DNA of 64,000 bases from Felis catus (lineage: Eukaryota), in contig NC_058368.1 in the NCBI RefSeq assembly GCF_018350175.1, positions 206,152,001 to 206,216,000 of the forward strand. The letters run 5' to 3'. Of this stretch, positions 52,159 to 64,000 are shown piece after piece (position 1 is the stretch's first letter; every line of letters begins with the position of its first letter). Below the pieces are notes generated by a model that was not told the origin of the DNA, searched no databases, and worked only from the letters and a program-made list of their open reading frames with translations. A program made the position numbers and the translations under genes.

Positions 52159-54736
52159 CTATAAAGAAAATGAAAAGTTTTGTTGTGACTAAATCAAGGC
52201 CTTGGGTATAACCCAAAATCTTTTGCCATGGATCCTTTAACGTGAATACTTTCTTTACACAATCCTCTCCAAAAAAAGAAAGCTCTTCATTGACACAAAA
52301 CAACTGTGGCTCTCATGGTGACCAGGCCCATATAAATATAAGGAATAGAGTCCATTCTATAATTATTCTTCGTTAAGCAGGAGACATGGTCTCAGTAATG
52401 GTAATCCCAAGTGATTCACAGAATGCATTTGTGTACAAACATCACCCATTTTGTTTAATGTCAACATCTAGGCCAGAAGTCAGAAAATTAACAAAACCAT
52501 ACTAACAGAGAACTGAAAAGCACTTGGCTCTTGATTTTTCATCTAATAAAAGGGAACAGAAATGCAAATCGGTGATCTGAAGCATGTAGATCTTTTGGAC
52601 TTTGGGAATGTTCTATATGATCCAGTAGTAGCTATAATTTTCTAATTAATGCTGAAACTGGATTTTTTTTCTGTGATAGATAGTAGAAGAAAAGGCCATC
52701 CCACAAGAATTTTGAAGCAGGCAACAGGATAGTCACATGTGGCTAACAGAGTCATGACAGCTCCAGCACTGATGAAGAAGATAATCATTTATTTATCCCT
52801 TACTTTATCCTAGATCAAGTGTCAAAATAAAATGCCTACAGGGGGCTGGCAAGTAATATAAATGTTGGAGGCATTCAGGGGAAGGCAGGGTGATGAAGTG
52901 AACACACGCACTGTGGAAAAGGGGTACCAACGCAGGAATCCATCATACAGTTAACCATGTGTAACTACAGGTTCTAGCACTGACAGGTGATCTGTTTTCA
53001 AGAAAGGAGATAAATCTGAATCTTGACACAAAAATCTCGAAATTTTTAAGTCATAGACAATTAATTTGCTAACAAATGCCAGTCACCGCGAGAATAAAAC
53101 AAGACACGCACGAGGACTCCCTCTCACAATGTCTGCTCCATATAAAATAGTCAAATCAGTAACTGTGTTTCCACGAGCATTTGTGTTGTTAGCATATATC
53201 CATACACATCTGTGTTTGAGATCGAAGTATAAAAAAGCACAGGGAAAATTAAAATGATGGGTATGATATACTTTAAACACAAACCTAAAAGGAAAGAAAA
53301 TGACAGATTATTATGCAGTCATTTTAAATGATGCCTATGAAGAGAAATACTCATGTTAAATGAGAAACTGTTATAAATGTGATAATCCTGTTAATTACAT
53401 CAGTGCAAGTATATTCCCCAGTCAAAAAAAAAAAAAAAAAAAAGACTGGAAAGAAATTCATCAGGAAAATGCCAGAAAATATTATATTACTTTTATCATT
53501 GCCCATGTTCAAAATTATGCATGAATGTTAAGAACACACCACAAAATACGAAAAGATAGATTTATTCATATCTTTTATTAGGGCATTATTTTCATTAAAT
53601 TATGAAATGGATCTATTTCAAAGTCAAATGCATAAGTTTAGGTCAAAGCTGAGATGGAGAATATATGTATTATTATTGACTACAAAGAAGACGTTAATAA
53701 GAATGCTATTAGAGATTTCTGCAGCCACTAGATACTGTTTTGGTCCTATTAGGTTTTAGATAGGCACACAATTTAATTTTTTTTTCTCTCTCTCTTAAGA
53801 AAGAGAAGTTATCTATCTTCCTTTTGATGTAAAAAAAAAAAAAAAGAAAGAAAGAAAACCTATTTTCCCTCTTCAGATCTACAATTCAAATACTCGATTC
53901 ATGCAAATAAGCCTCTTAGATGATTTAGTTCGGCACCTCCTCACTCTCCTCTGCTCTACATATGGCTGCCAAGTCATCTTCTTCAAGCTGATGTGATTTT
54001 CTTAAATGACCCTGAATTGATGCTCTCTTTCCCATCTAACTTTGAATCCTGAATTCTCTCAGACTGATCCTTCCTCTAAAATCACAAACTCAAACATCCT
54101 ACAGTCTGCCACCTATACTCTTTTGACTCTCATACTATCATCACCAGAGCAATTATTCAACTTCGTAGAAACAAGTTCTTCAACTTAGTTTCCTTTCTCT
54201 CTCCCTATCAGCACCTTCATTTTTTTCACTTCTTTCTTTTTCGGATTGCCTTCATGGTTCATGACTTCAACAGTTTCTCATCAATGAACTTAACATCCTC
54301 GCCTAGATAGACCCTGCCATCATGCTTGCCAGGCAGAATTCCAACCTGGTTCAATGCTCACAGCCAAGCTACTTAGCACTACAATAGAAAAATCACACAG
54401 CTACAGATGGGTACCACTGTAAGTCCATTCATGATTTCTGATCTCAGGGGAACCCTCAATGCAGTCCAGCAGCCCTATATTTCTTTAGTCCGTTCTCTTT
54501 CTTTCCCATTTTCTACAGTACCTATTTCAAAAGTTCAACCCCTACCTCAATCCCCCAATCTTAGAACCACTTTCCTCACTTTCAGAAAATGACCTTAACC
54601 TCTTTCTTTACAAACATTCCCATTACCAGACAGAGGATTCCTAAATTTCTGGCTAACAAATCGACAAACATATTTACATTTCTCCCCTTCCTTTCTTCCA
54701 CAGGTGTCCCTCCTCCATCTAAAGCTAACTTCTCTG

Positions 54737-56627
54737 ATTGATCCCATTTACAACTGCACAAGAGCCATAAAATAGGGATAAACTTAGCCAAAGTTGTTCA
54801 AATATCTGTATGCTGAAAGCTATAGAAAACCTATGAAGGAAATTGAAGAAGATATAAAGAAATGGAAAAACATTCCATGCTCTTGGATTGGAAGAACAAA
54901 TATTGCTAAAATGTCACTACTATCCAAAGAAATCTACACATTTCATGCAATCCCAATCGAAATTGCACCAGCATTCTTCTCAAAGCTAGAACAAACAGTC
55001 CTAAAATTTGTATGGAACCACAAAAGACCCCAAATAGCCAAAGTAATGTTGAAAAAGGAAACCAAAGCAGGAGGCATCACAATTCCAGACTTTAGCCTCT
55101 ACTACAAAGCTGTAATCATCAAGACAGTAAGGTATTGGCACAAAAACAGACACGTAAACCAATGGAATAGAACAGAGAATCCAGAATTGGACCCACAAAT
55201 GTATGGCTAACTAATCTTTGACAAAGCAGGAAAGAGTATCCGATAGGAAAAAAAACAGTCTCTTTAGTAAATGGTGCTGGGAGAACGGGACAGCAACATG
55301 CAGAAGAATGAAACTGGACCACTTTCTTATACCATACACAAAAATAAACTCAAAATGGATGAAAGACCTCAATGTGAGACAGGAAACCATCAAAACCCTA
55401 GAAAAGAACCAGGCAACAACCTCTTTGACCTCAGCTGCGGCAATTTGTTGCTCAACACATCTTCTAAGGCAAGGGAAATAAAAGCAAAAATGAACTATTT
55501 GACCTCATCAAGCTAAAAAGCTTCTATACTGTAAAGGAAACAATCAACAAAACTAAAAGGCAACCGACAGAATGGGAGAAGATATTTGCAAATAACATAT
55601 CAGATAAAGAATTAGTATCCAAAGTCTATAAAGAACTTATCAAACTCAACACTCAGAAAATGAATAACCCAGTGAAGAAATGGGCAGAAGACACAAATAG
55701 ACACTTTGCCAAAGAAGACATCCAGATGGCAATAGACACATGAAAAAATGCTCAACATCACTCATCATCAGGGAAATACAAATCAAAACCACACTGAGAT
55801 ACCACCTCACACTGGTCAGAACAGCTAAAATTAACAATTCAGGAAACAACAGATGTTGGCAAGGATGTGGAGAAACAGGAACCATCTTGCACTGTTAGTG
55901 GGAATGCAAACTGGTGCAGTCACTCTGGAAAACAGTCTGGAGGTTCTTCAAAAAATTAAAAATAGAACTGCCCTACGACCCAACAATAGCATACTAGGAA
56001 TTTATCCAAAGGATACAGGAGTGCTGATTCATAGGGCACATTTACCCCAATGTTTATAGCAGCACTTTCAACATTAGCCAAATTATGGAAAGAGTCCAAA
56101 TGTTCATCAACTGATGAATGGATAAAGAAGATGTGGTTTATATATACAATGGCATACTACTTGCCAATGAGAAAGAATGAAATCCTGCCATTTGCAACAA
56201 CATGGATGGAACTGGAGGATATTATGCTAAGTGAAATAAGTCAGTCAGAGAAAGACAGATATCATATGTTTTCACTCACATGTGGAACTTGGGAAACTTA
56301 ACAGAAGACCATGGGAGAAGGGAAGGGGAAAAAATAGTTTCAAACAGAGAGGGAGGCAAACCATAAGAGACTCTTAAATACAGAGAAAAAACTGAGGGTT
56401 GATGGCAGAGGGGCAAAGGAGAGGGGAAAATGGGTGATGGACATTGAGGAGGGCACTTGTTGGGATGAGCACTGGGTGTTGTATATAAGTGATAGATCAC
56501 AGAAATCTACCCCCAAAACCAAGAGCAAACTGTATACACTGTATGTTAGCCAACTTGACAATAAATAATATTTTTTTAAAAAACTGAGTTATCTTCCAAA
56601 AACAAACAAACAAACAAACAAAAATAA
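54737..56627 (+). mobile_element. 5'-truncated feline/carnivore L1 (ORF2 3' part plus 3' UTR), frameshifted
   Basis: ORFs 54794-56301 match L1 ORF2 ([19 protein letters not shown]..., [29 protein letters not shown]..., EILPFATTWMELEDIMLSEISQSEKD). Perfect TSD taaagctaacttctctg at 54720-54736 and 56628-56644. Confidence 0.96.
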
Positions 56628-57076
56628 TAAAGCTAACTTCTCTGTCTCTTCTCTGTATTTCATTCCTTCCCACCTCTTCTAAGGACTTATTAAATTCATT
56701 ATTCATTCCCTCTCCCACAGCTTCCATTTTTCTCTCTCTACGGTTTCATTCCGTATATATCAAACTCATATATATTCCAACCCCACTTAAGTATAGTGTG
56801 TTACAAGGGTTCTGGAGACACTCTTGGGTTCAGAATCCATGTTTGTTATCTATTACCTCTATGATTGTGGGTAAATCATTCAGCATTGTTTCTTTCAGTT
56901 TCCTCAACTGTAAAATAGAGATGACAGTGCCTACTTTTTTTAGGTTATTATAAAGAAAAGAAGATCCATTAAGCACTTGAAACAGTGGACAGTATATAAT
57001 GTATGTGAGCTATTTTTTGATCATCATTTAAATGATTCCTGGTTTAAAAGGTAGATTTAGGAATCTCAGATATCCA

Positions 57077-57292
57077 GGGATGCCTCAGTGGCTCAGTCGG
57101 CTGAGCATCCAACTCTTGGTTTCAGCTCAAGTCGTGGTCTTGCAGTTTGTGGGATGGAGCCCCACATCGGACTCTGTGCTGACAGCAGGGAACCTGCCTG
57201 GGATTCTCTCTCTCCCTTTCTCTGTCCCCTCCCCCATCTGTATCTCTCTATCTCTCTCAAAATAAATAAATAAAATTAAAAACTAAAAAAAA
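57077..57292 (+). mobile_element. CAN-SINE
   Basis: TSD-like ag(g/a)aatctcagatatc. Confidence 0.92.
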
Positions 57293-58993
57293 AGAAATCT
57301 CAGATATCTAGATTCAGACCAACAGAGGAAGCAGAGGATCAGATCATTAATCATTAGTTAAAATAACATTAGAATATAATTTTGTGATTCTTATTTGATA
57401 TACACTAGTATCTCTTTTCCCAAAATATAATGAAGTGCATTCAAAACTAAATACAGGAGGATCCAAGAAGTAATTCATTTTCTCCACCCTAATTTTTACT
57501 CCCATCTGTGACTCATTCCAAGTTGACAATGAACAAAAAGTCTTTCGGTAGCCTCCCAGACAACTACAGGAGGGGCACCTTCCAAAGCGACCATGGAGCA
57601 GGAATGTGCTTGTGTGTCAAAGGCTTCCTCGTGGGATGAAAAATATGAGGAGATAGAGAAAGTGCATGGCATCAAAGAAAGTGACTTAGTCAACAAGAGA
57701 CCAAGTTTGCCCTGGATAAACTACAATGCTCAAAACTGAAACAGAGATCACAAGAGAAATTAACTGATTCTGTTCTGTGTTTACTTACTAATGTTTATGT
57801 TCCGACAAGTCAGAAGTCATCTTCCACTCAGAGGTAACTGAACACCCAGTGGCCTCAGGTCTATCTGCCTGTGGAAGACACTTACCACCTGCATATCCAC
57901 ATGGGGTTAGCACTTCAGGGACTGACTCATTGCTTCCATCTCACTTCCCTCAGGCTGGATCCTCAAAACATCTCTATAATTTCCCTCTAACTCTGACAAA
58001 CTCCTTCAAATTCAGTGACTGGAAAGGCATTTCAGATGTCAATCCAAAAACCAAGCCATGCTGAGGGAAATGAATGTCAGGATTATGCTGTTATTAAATT
58101 ATTTCTCTTCTTCAGAAACTGCAGACTTCCAGCATGTCTATCCTCCAACTATGTCAGAAATTCTCTCATTATTTTCTCTGCTCTGTAACATTCTAAATTT
58201 GATCCAAAAATATATATGCAATTATCCCTCTTATAATTATGAAGAATTATCAACCCATCCTCCTAGGAATAGGAGAAAAAAGTTTTCTACATATGCCTAT
58301 GTCACATTCTCCCTTCTGGCCAATGGTTAAATTACAATACATATTATACACCATATAGAATTTAGAGTTGAAAAAGCAGTTAAATAAAAGATACTGGGAG
58401 AGTAAAACATACTAGAAAAACAAAGGGCTGTGAGGTCTGACAGGCTGGATCCAAGCTGTACTACTTAACTAATTTGGCGATTTAGAGCAAGTCAGCTGGA
58501 GTCCTCTGAGCCTCAATTTCTACATATATACAATAGTAAAATATTACTTACCTTCCAAAGATGTTATGAGGATTAAACCTATACAAATTGCCTAAAACAG
58601 TACAGATGCCAGAGTAGGTAATCAAAAATTGGTACCTATCATTATTTTTCAGATCAGTTTCACTTTCCATTTTCATGATACAATAACTCTTAAATATAAC
58701 TTATTCTGTTGTAAGTCAGAGGATGATGCTGTTTGCTGTTTATAATCAAAATTGCATTCTGAAGGGGGTTTATTTTGGTAAACGAAAAGCCCTTCTATCT
58801 GAACATCCCAATAGTTTTAGTTTACAAATTCGGGACTAAGAGATAAGAAGCACTGAACTGGAAATTTTTAGAATTCTGGGAAGAAGGGAGGAAAGAAATG
58901 AGAGAGAAGATCCTGGAAGAAGAGAACAAGATGCCAAAATGAGATGAGACCAGAAATCTTGATCTGTTGAGGTTCTAGAAAGACAGATGTTTT

Positions 58994-59144
58994 GGATGCC
59001 TGTTAACTGAGCATCCAACTCTTGATTTCGGCTCAGATCATGATCCCAGGGTCATGGGATCGAGCACTGCACTGGGCTCCATGCTGAGCATGGAGCCTGC
59101 TTAAGATTCTTTCTCCCTCTGCCCCTCTCCCCTACTGGCACTCT
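58994..59144 (+). mobile_element. Tailless, head-deleted CAN-SINE
   Basis: SINE body flanked by aa(a/g)gacagatgtttt, with no A-rich tail. Confidence 0.82.
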
Positions 59145-59389
59145 AAGGACAGATGTTTTAAGACAGAGGATGTCCACCATTTTTGTGGAATGTGTTGGCA
59201 GTACTCCAACAGAATATCCCCTTCCAATGTTCAGGATTCTCCCCCTAAAGACATAACTGTTTTTTGTGTGAGTGGATTTTGTGTTGAAATCATGGAATAG
59301 AATGAGGTTAGGCATGTGTGACAGAAACAGCTTGCAAGAAGCAGAAGGCTGGAAAGAAGACCCTGAGACCTTAAGGAAAATTTAAAAGT

Positions 59390-60597
<1,208 letters not shown>

Positions 60598-61606
60598 TTA
60601 GAAATCAGAAATAGCAGTTTCTGAAAAAGAACTTCCAGAAATTTTTGAAATATAGTGAAGTATCTCTTTGAGAGAGCTCAAATAAAAAGAACAATGTCCT
60701 AATGCATACCATATATTATCCAACCTCCCCTGGGTGGTATAATAGCTAAAACTAATAACTGGAGAAATCCAACATCCTTCAGCCTAAGAACATGTTTGGA
60801 AAACATAGCCCTTTTGTATTTATGGCAACAGCTGGTTTTGAGTTGAATCTATAAATAAAACCAATACAATTAAGATGACTCTTGAGGAGAAAGAACTTTC
60901 TACAACAAATTTCAACTAATTTGCCTCTTAGTATACTGAATGGTATACTCTTTAGAGTAATTTTACCATTTTTCTGTTAATGAATTTTAAACTATGATAG
61001 AAAAGCCACTTCTATCACTCTAAAATAGACAGTTTTAAAGTCTTGAAATCTTCAACTTGGATCTGACCCTCAAAATTCCTCAGAATTCTTTTTGGAAAGA
61101 CAAACATGGGATTGTCCCAACTTCACTTGAAAATGAAAGTTCCCAGCCAGTTCAGACAATTACTTTTCAAGCCTCAATATTCCAATACGTTACTTTCTCT
61201 CTTCTTTCTCTGTTCTTACTCTATTGTCTCTTCATTCTCATAAGGAGCCTCACATCAGTGTCATTGAATCAATTCTCTCCCTCTGTCTCTCTCTACTTCT
61301 ACCTCTCTCCCACAGGGTGACCAGCTATCCAGGTTTCCCCAGGTCTGAGGGGTGTCCCTGGACATAGGATCTCCAGCGCTAAAAGCAGGACAGTCTAGGG
61401 ACAATTGGACACTCTGCATTTACCACATACATTTTCAAGTATACAGGTATGAATGAAAAAATGTTTCAGGATGTGGCAAAGAGCTCTGAGCCAAAGGCTG
61501 AGCTATTAGGTGATTTGTTATCAGACTTACCAAACCATAAAATAAAACAAAACAAAATGAAAAGCTACTATCCATCAATATGCGCAGAAAACTGGCCAGC
61601 ACCTTA

Positions 61607-61924
<318 letters not shown>

Positions 61925-62070
61925 CTAATATGAATTTGAGATCAGTCCTCAAGATGTCCAGGAAAAGACTGGTGATTATTTGGGTCCTCATATTACATAC
62001 ACAAAACTGATTCTGACCTCAGCTGGACACAAAATTGAAAATAGAAGCTGAATTCAAATTCCAGGCTCTC

Positions 62071-62247
62071 GAGCCAAAGCATAAGAGACTGTTAAAAACT
62101 GAGAACAAACTGAGGGTTGATGGGGGGTGGGAGGGAAGTGAGGGTGGGTGATGGGTATTGAGGAGGGCACCTTTTGGGATGAGCACTGGGTGTTGTTTGG
62201 AAACCAATTTGACAATAAATTTCATATATTAAAAAAAAAAAAAAAAA
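62071..62247 (+). mobile_element. Very short young feline L1 3' end
   Basis: L1 3' UTR, aataaa and a pure A17 tail. Perfect TSD caaattccaggctctc at 62055-62070 and 62248-62263. Confidence 0.93.
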
Positions 62248-63054
62248 CAAATTCCAGGCTCTCACCCATAACCAAGCAGTTTGTCTGAATCTTCCAGAAT
62301 CAAACAGTGCCGACCACTGGGAAGACAGATTGACATTCTGCCCTTCAACTTTCAGTTTATTTTTTGCCATCACTGACCAAGATGTCAAAGCCCTGCTTCT
62401 TTTGGTGATTTGATGTGTAAGCTTTTGAGAGCATAGAAACTGGATCAAAAGGTTAACACTCATCACGTCTTTAGCATATACTCTGTGCAAGACACTCTTC
62501 CAGGTGTTAGGTACAAATATAAATAAAAATGGTATGCTGGGCTTTTCATATACTTTACAAACTAACAGAAAGGACTATGAAGACATAGATCATTATAATT
62601 CAGCAACGTAATTGCTATGATAGACATACATCCCAGGAATCAAGGAAGCACTGGAGGGTATCAGATGATCTAACCCTTGCCTACCTCCCCAGCATCATCT
62701 CCAGCCACTGTCCTACCAGCTTCTGATGCGACAGTCACACCTGCATGAATAAAAGGCCAGGCTTCTGTCATCTCCACTGACCTTGCACTTACGGTTCCCT
62801 CAGACTAGAAGGGTTTCTCTACCTGTCACCAACCTGTCCTTCAAGAACCAAATTAAACATCATCTCCTCTTGGAGACCATCCCTCCTCCACAGGCTATAG
62901 TGCATGTCCTTCCTCTGTGTCCTCATAGTGTGCATTGCATGCAACTGTCCTGACGGTATAGCATGCATCCCACTATGCTCTCACTCAATCCGATCCAATG
63001 TTGTGGACAGTCTACTATGTACCAAGTATTCCAGATGCAAAAATTAAAGCAACA

Positions 63055-63260
63055 GGGGCACCTGGGTGGCTCAGTCAGTTACGTGTCTGACTTCGGCTCA
63101 GGTCATATCTGGTGGTTTGTGAGTTTGAGCCCCGCGTCCGGCTCTGTGCTGACAGCTCGGACCCTGGAGCCTGCTTCAGATTCTGTGTTTCCCCCTCTCT
63201 CAGCCCCTCCCTGCTCACATTCTGTCTGTCTCTCTCTTTCTCAAAAATAAATAAACATTA
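63055..63260 (+). mobile_element. CAN-SINE
   Basis: TSD-like aaaaattaaagcaa on both sides. Confidence 0.92.
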
Positions 63261-64000
63261 AAAAATTAAAGCAATATAATCCATATCCTCAAGGAGTTCA
63301 CTGTCTCCAAGAGAGATAACCAGGCCAGTAAATTCTCCAGATTACAGATAGTACAATGTATGGAGGGACACAGAGAAGTGATTTGTTAATTATCTGTATC
63401 AGTTGGGAAGTTAAGGAATGCTTCTGAAAAGAGGAGTCACCTGATCTGGGTTTTGAAAGTAAAATAGGAGTTTGACAGGTCTTGTTGAGGAGCACTTCTA
63501 ATACAGAGATTAATTATGAACTATTCTGTGCATAAACTTTAATATTTTTCAGGGAAGAGGCTAAGCATTTCATTTGTATATCCACAATCCTTACCACTGT
63601 ATCTGGAACATAGTAACAATAATGAATATTTGGTAAACGTTGTTGAATTAACCTCACTGCACAAATGATACATAAACACTAGGTCAAATAATACTCAATG
63701 CCAAAACTTGAAATTGTGTTTCAATCACCCTGTGTATATGAGTGACCTGTATTACTCCTTGATTAGCTAATTAGAGTTGCTTCTCTTGTAAACATAATGA
63801 TAATTTGGGCAGTAACATTGTTTTTGCCTAATCTCGGTGTACCGGACTCATTCTACATCTCCACCAACAATGCAATGTCAAGAACTGTTTGGGTCTGGCA
63901 ACAGCCATATTTCTTTTCAAAGAAGTGAGGAGTATCCTTACCTTTCTTAACAGATGCCTCCTCTTGCATTCTAAATAATGATAGCTGAGTATGTAATTAA

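Noticed and set aside
54794..56301. L1 ORF2 ORFs as an active retrotransposon
   Set aside because: The element is 5'-truncated and broken by stops and frameshifts.

Overview
This is eukaryotic (mammalian) genomic DNA, almost certainly from a felid: it carries many CAN-SINEs of the feline SINEC_Fc type and feline/carnivore L1 3' ends. Two convergent intron-containing genes are present. On the + strand are the last six coding exons of MROH2B (1-7013). On the - strand are 14 consecutive coding exons of complement component C7 (equivalent to human exons 5-18, 61755 down to the stop at 20471). The C7 exons join with canonical GT-AG sites into one uninterrupted frame of 2252 nt encoding the LDLa, MACPF, EGF, TSP1, 2xCCP and 2xFIM modules. 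The 5' ends of both genes lie outside the window. The rest is intronic or intergenic DNA with about 29 CAN-SINEs, L1 fragments, an ERV-L remnant with an MLT2-type LTR, old DNA transposons and microsatellites. I see no convincing new biological system. The points most worth a second look are: a strongly diverged C7 membrane-anchoring hairpin exon; a CpG-dense last C7 exon next to a G38 tract and overlapped by a 342-codon antisense ORF; an inverted copy of the RT active-site segment inside the ERV-L; nested and inverted SINE pairs; a tailless SINE; and an L1 with a candidate 3' transduction. Gene, exon-number and repeat-family names come from my recall of known sequences, not from a database search. 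Repeat boundaries are approximate unless target-site duplications (TSDs) are given.
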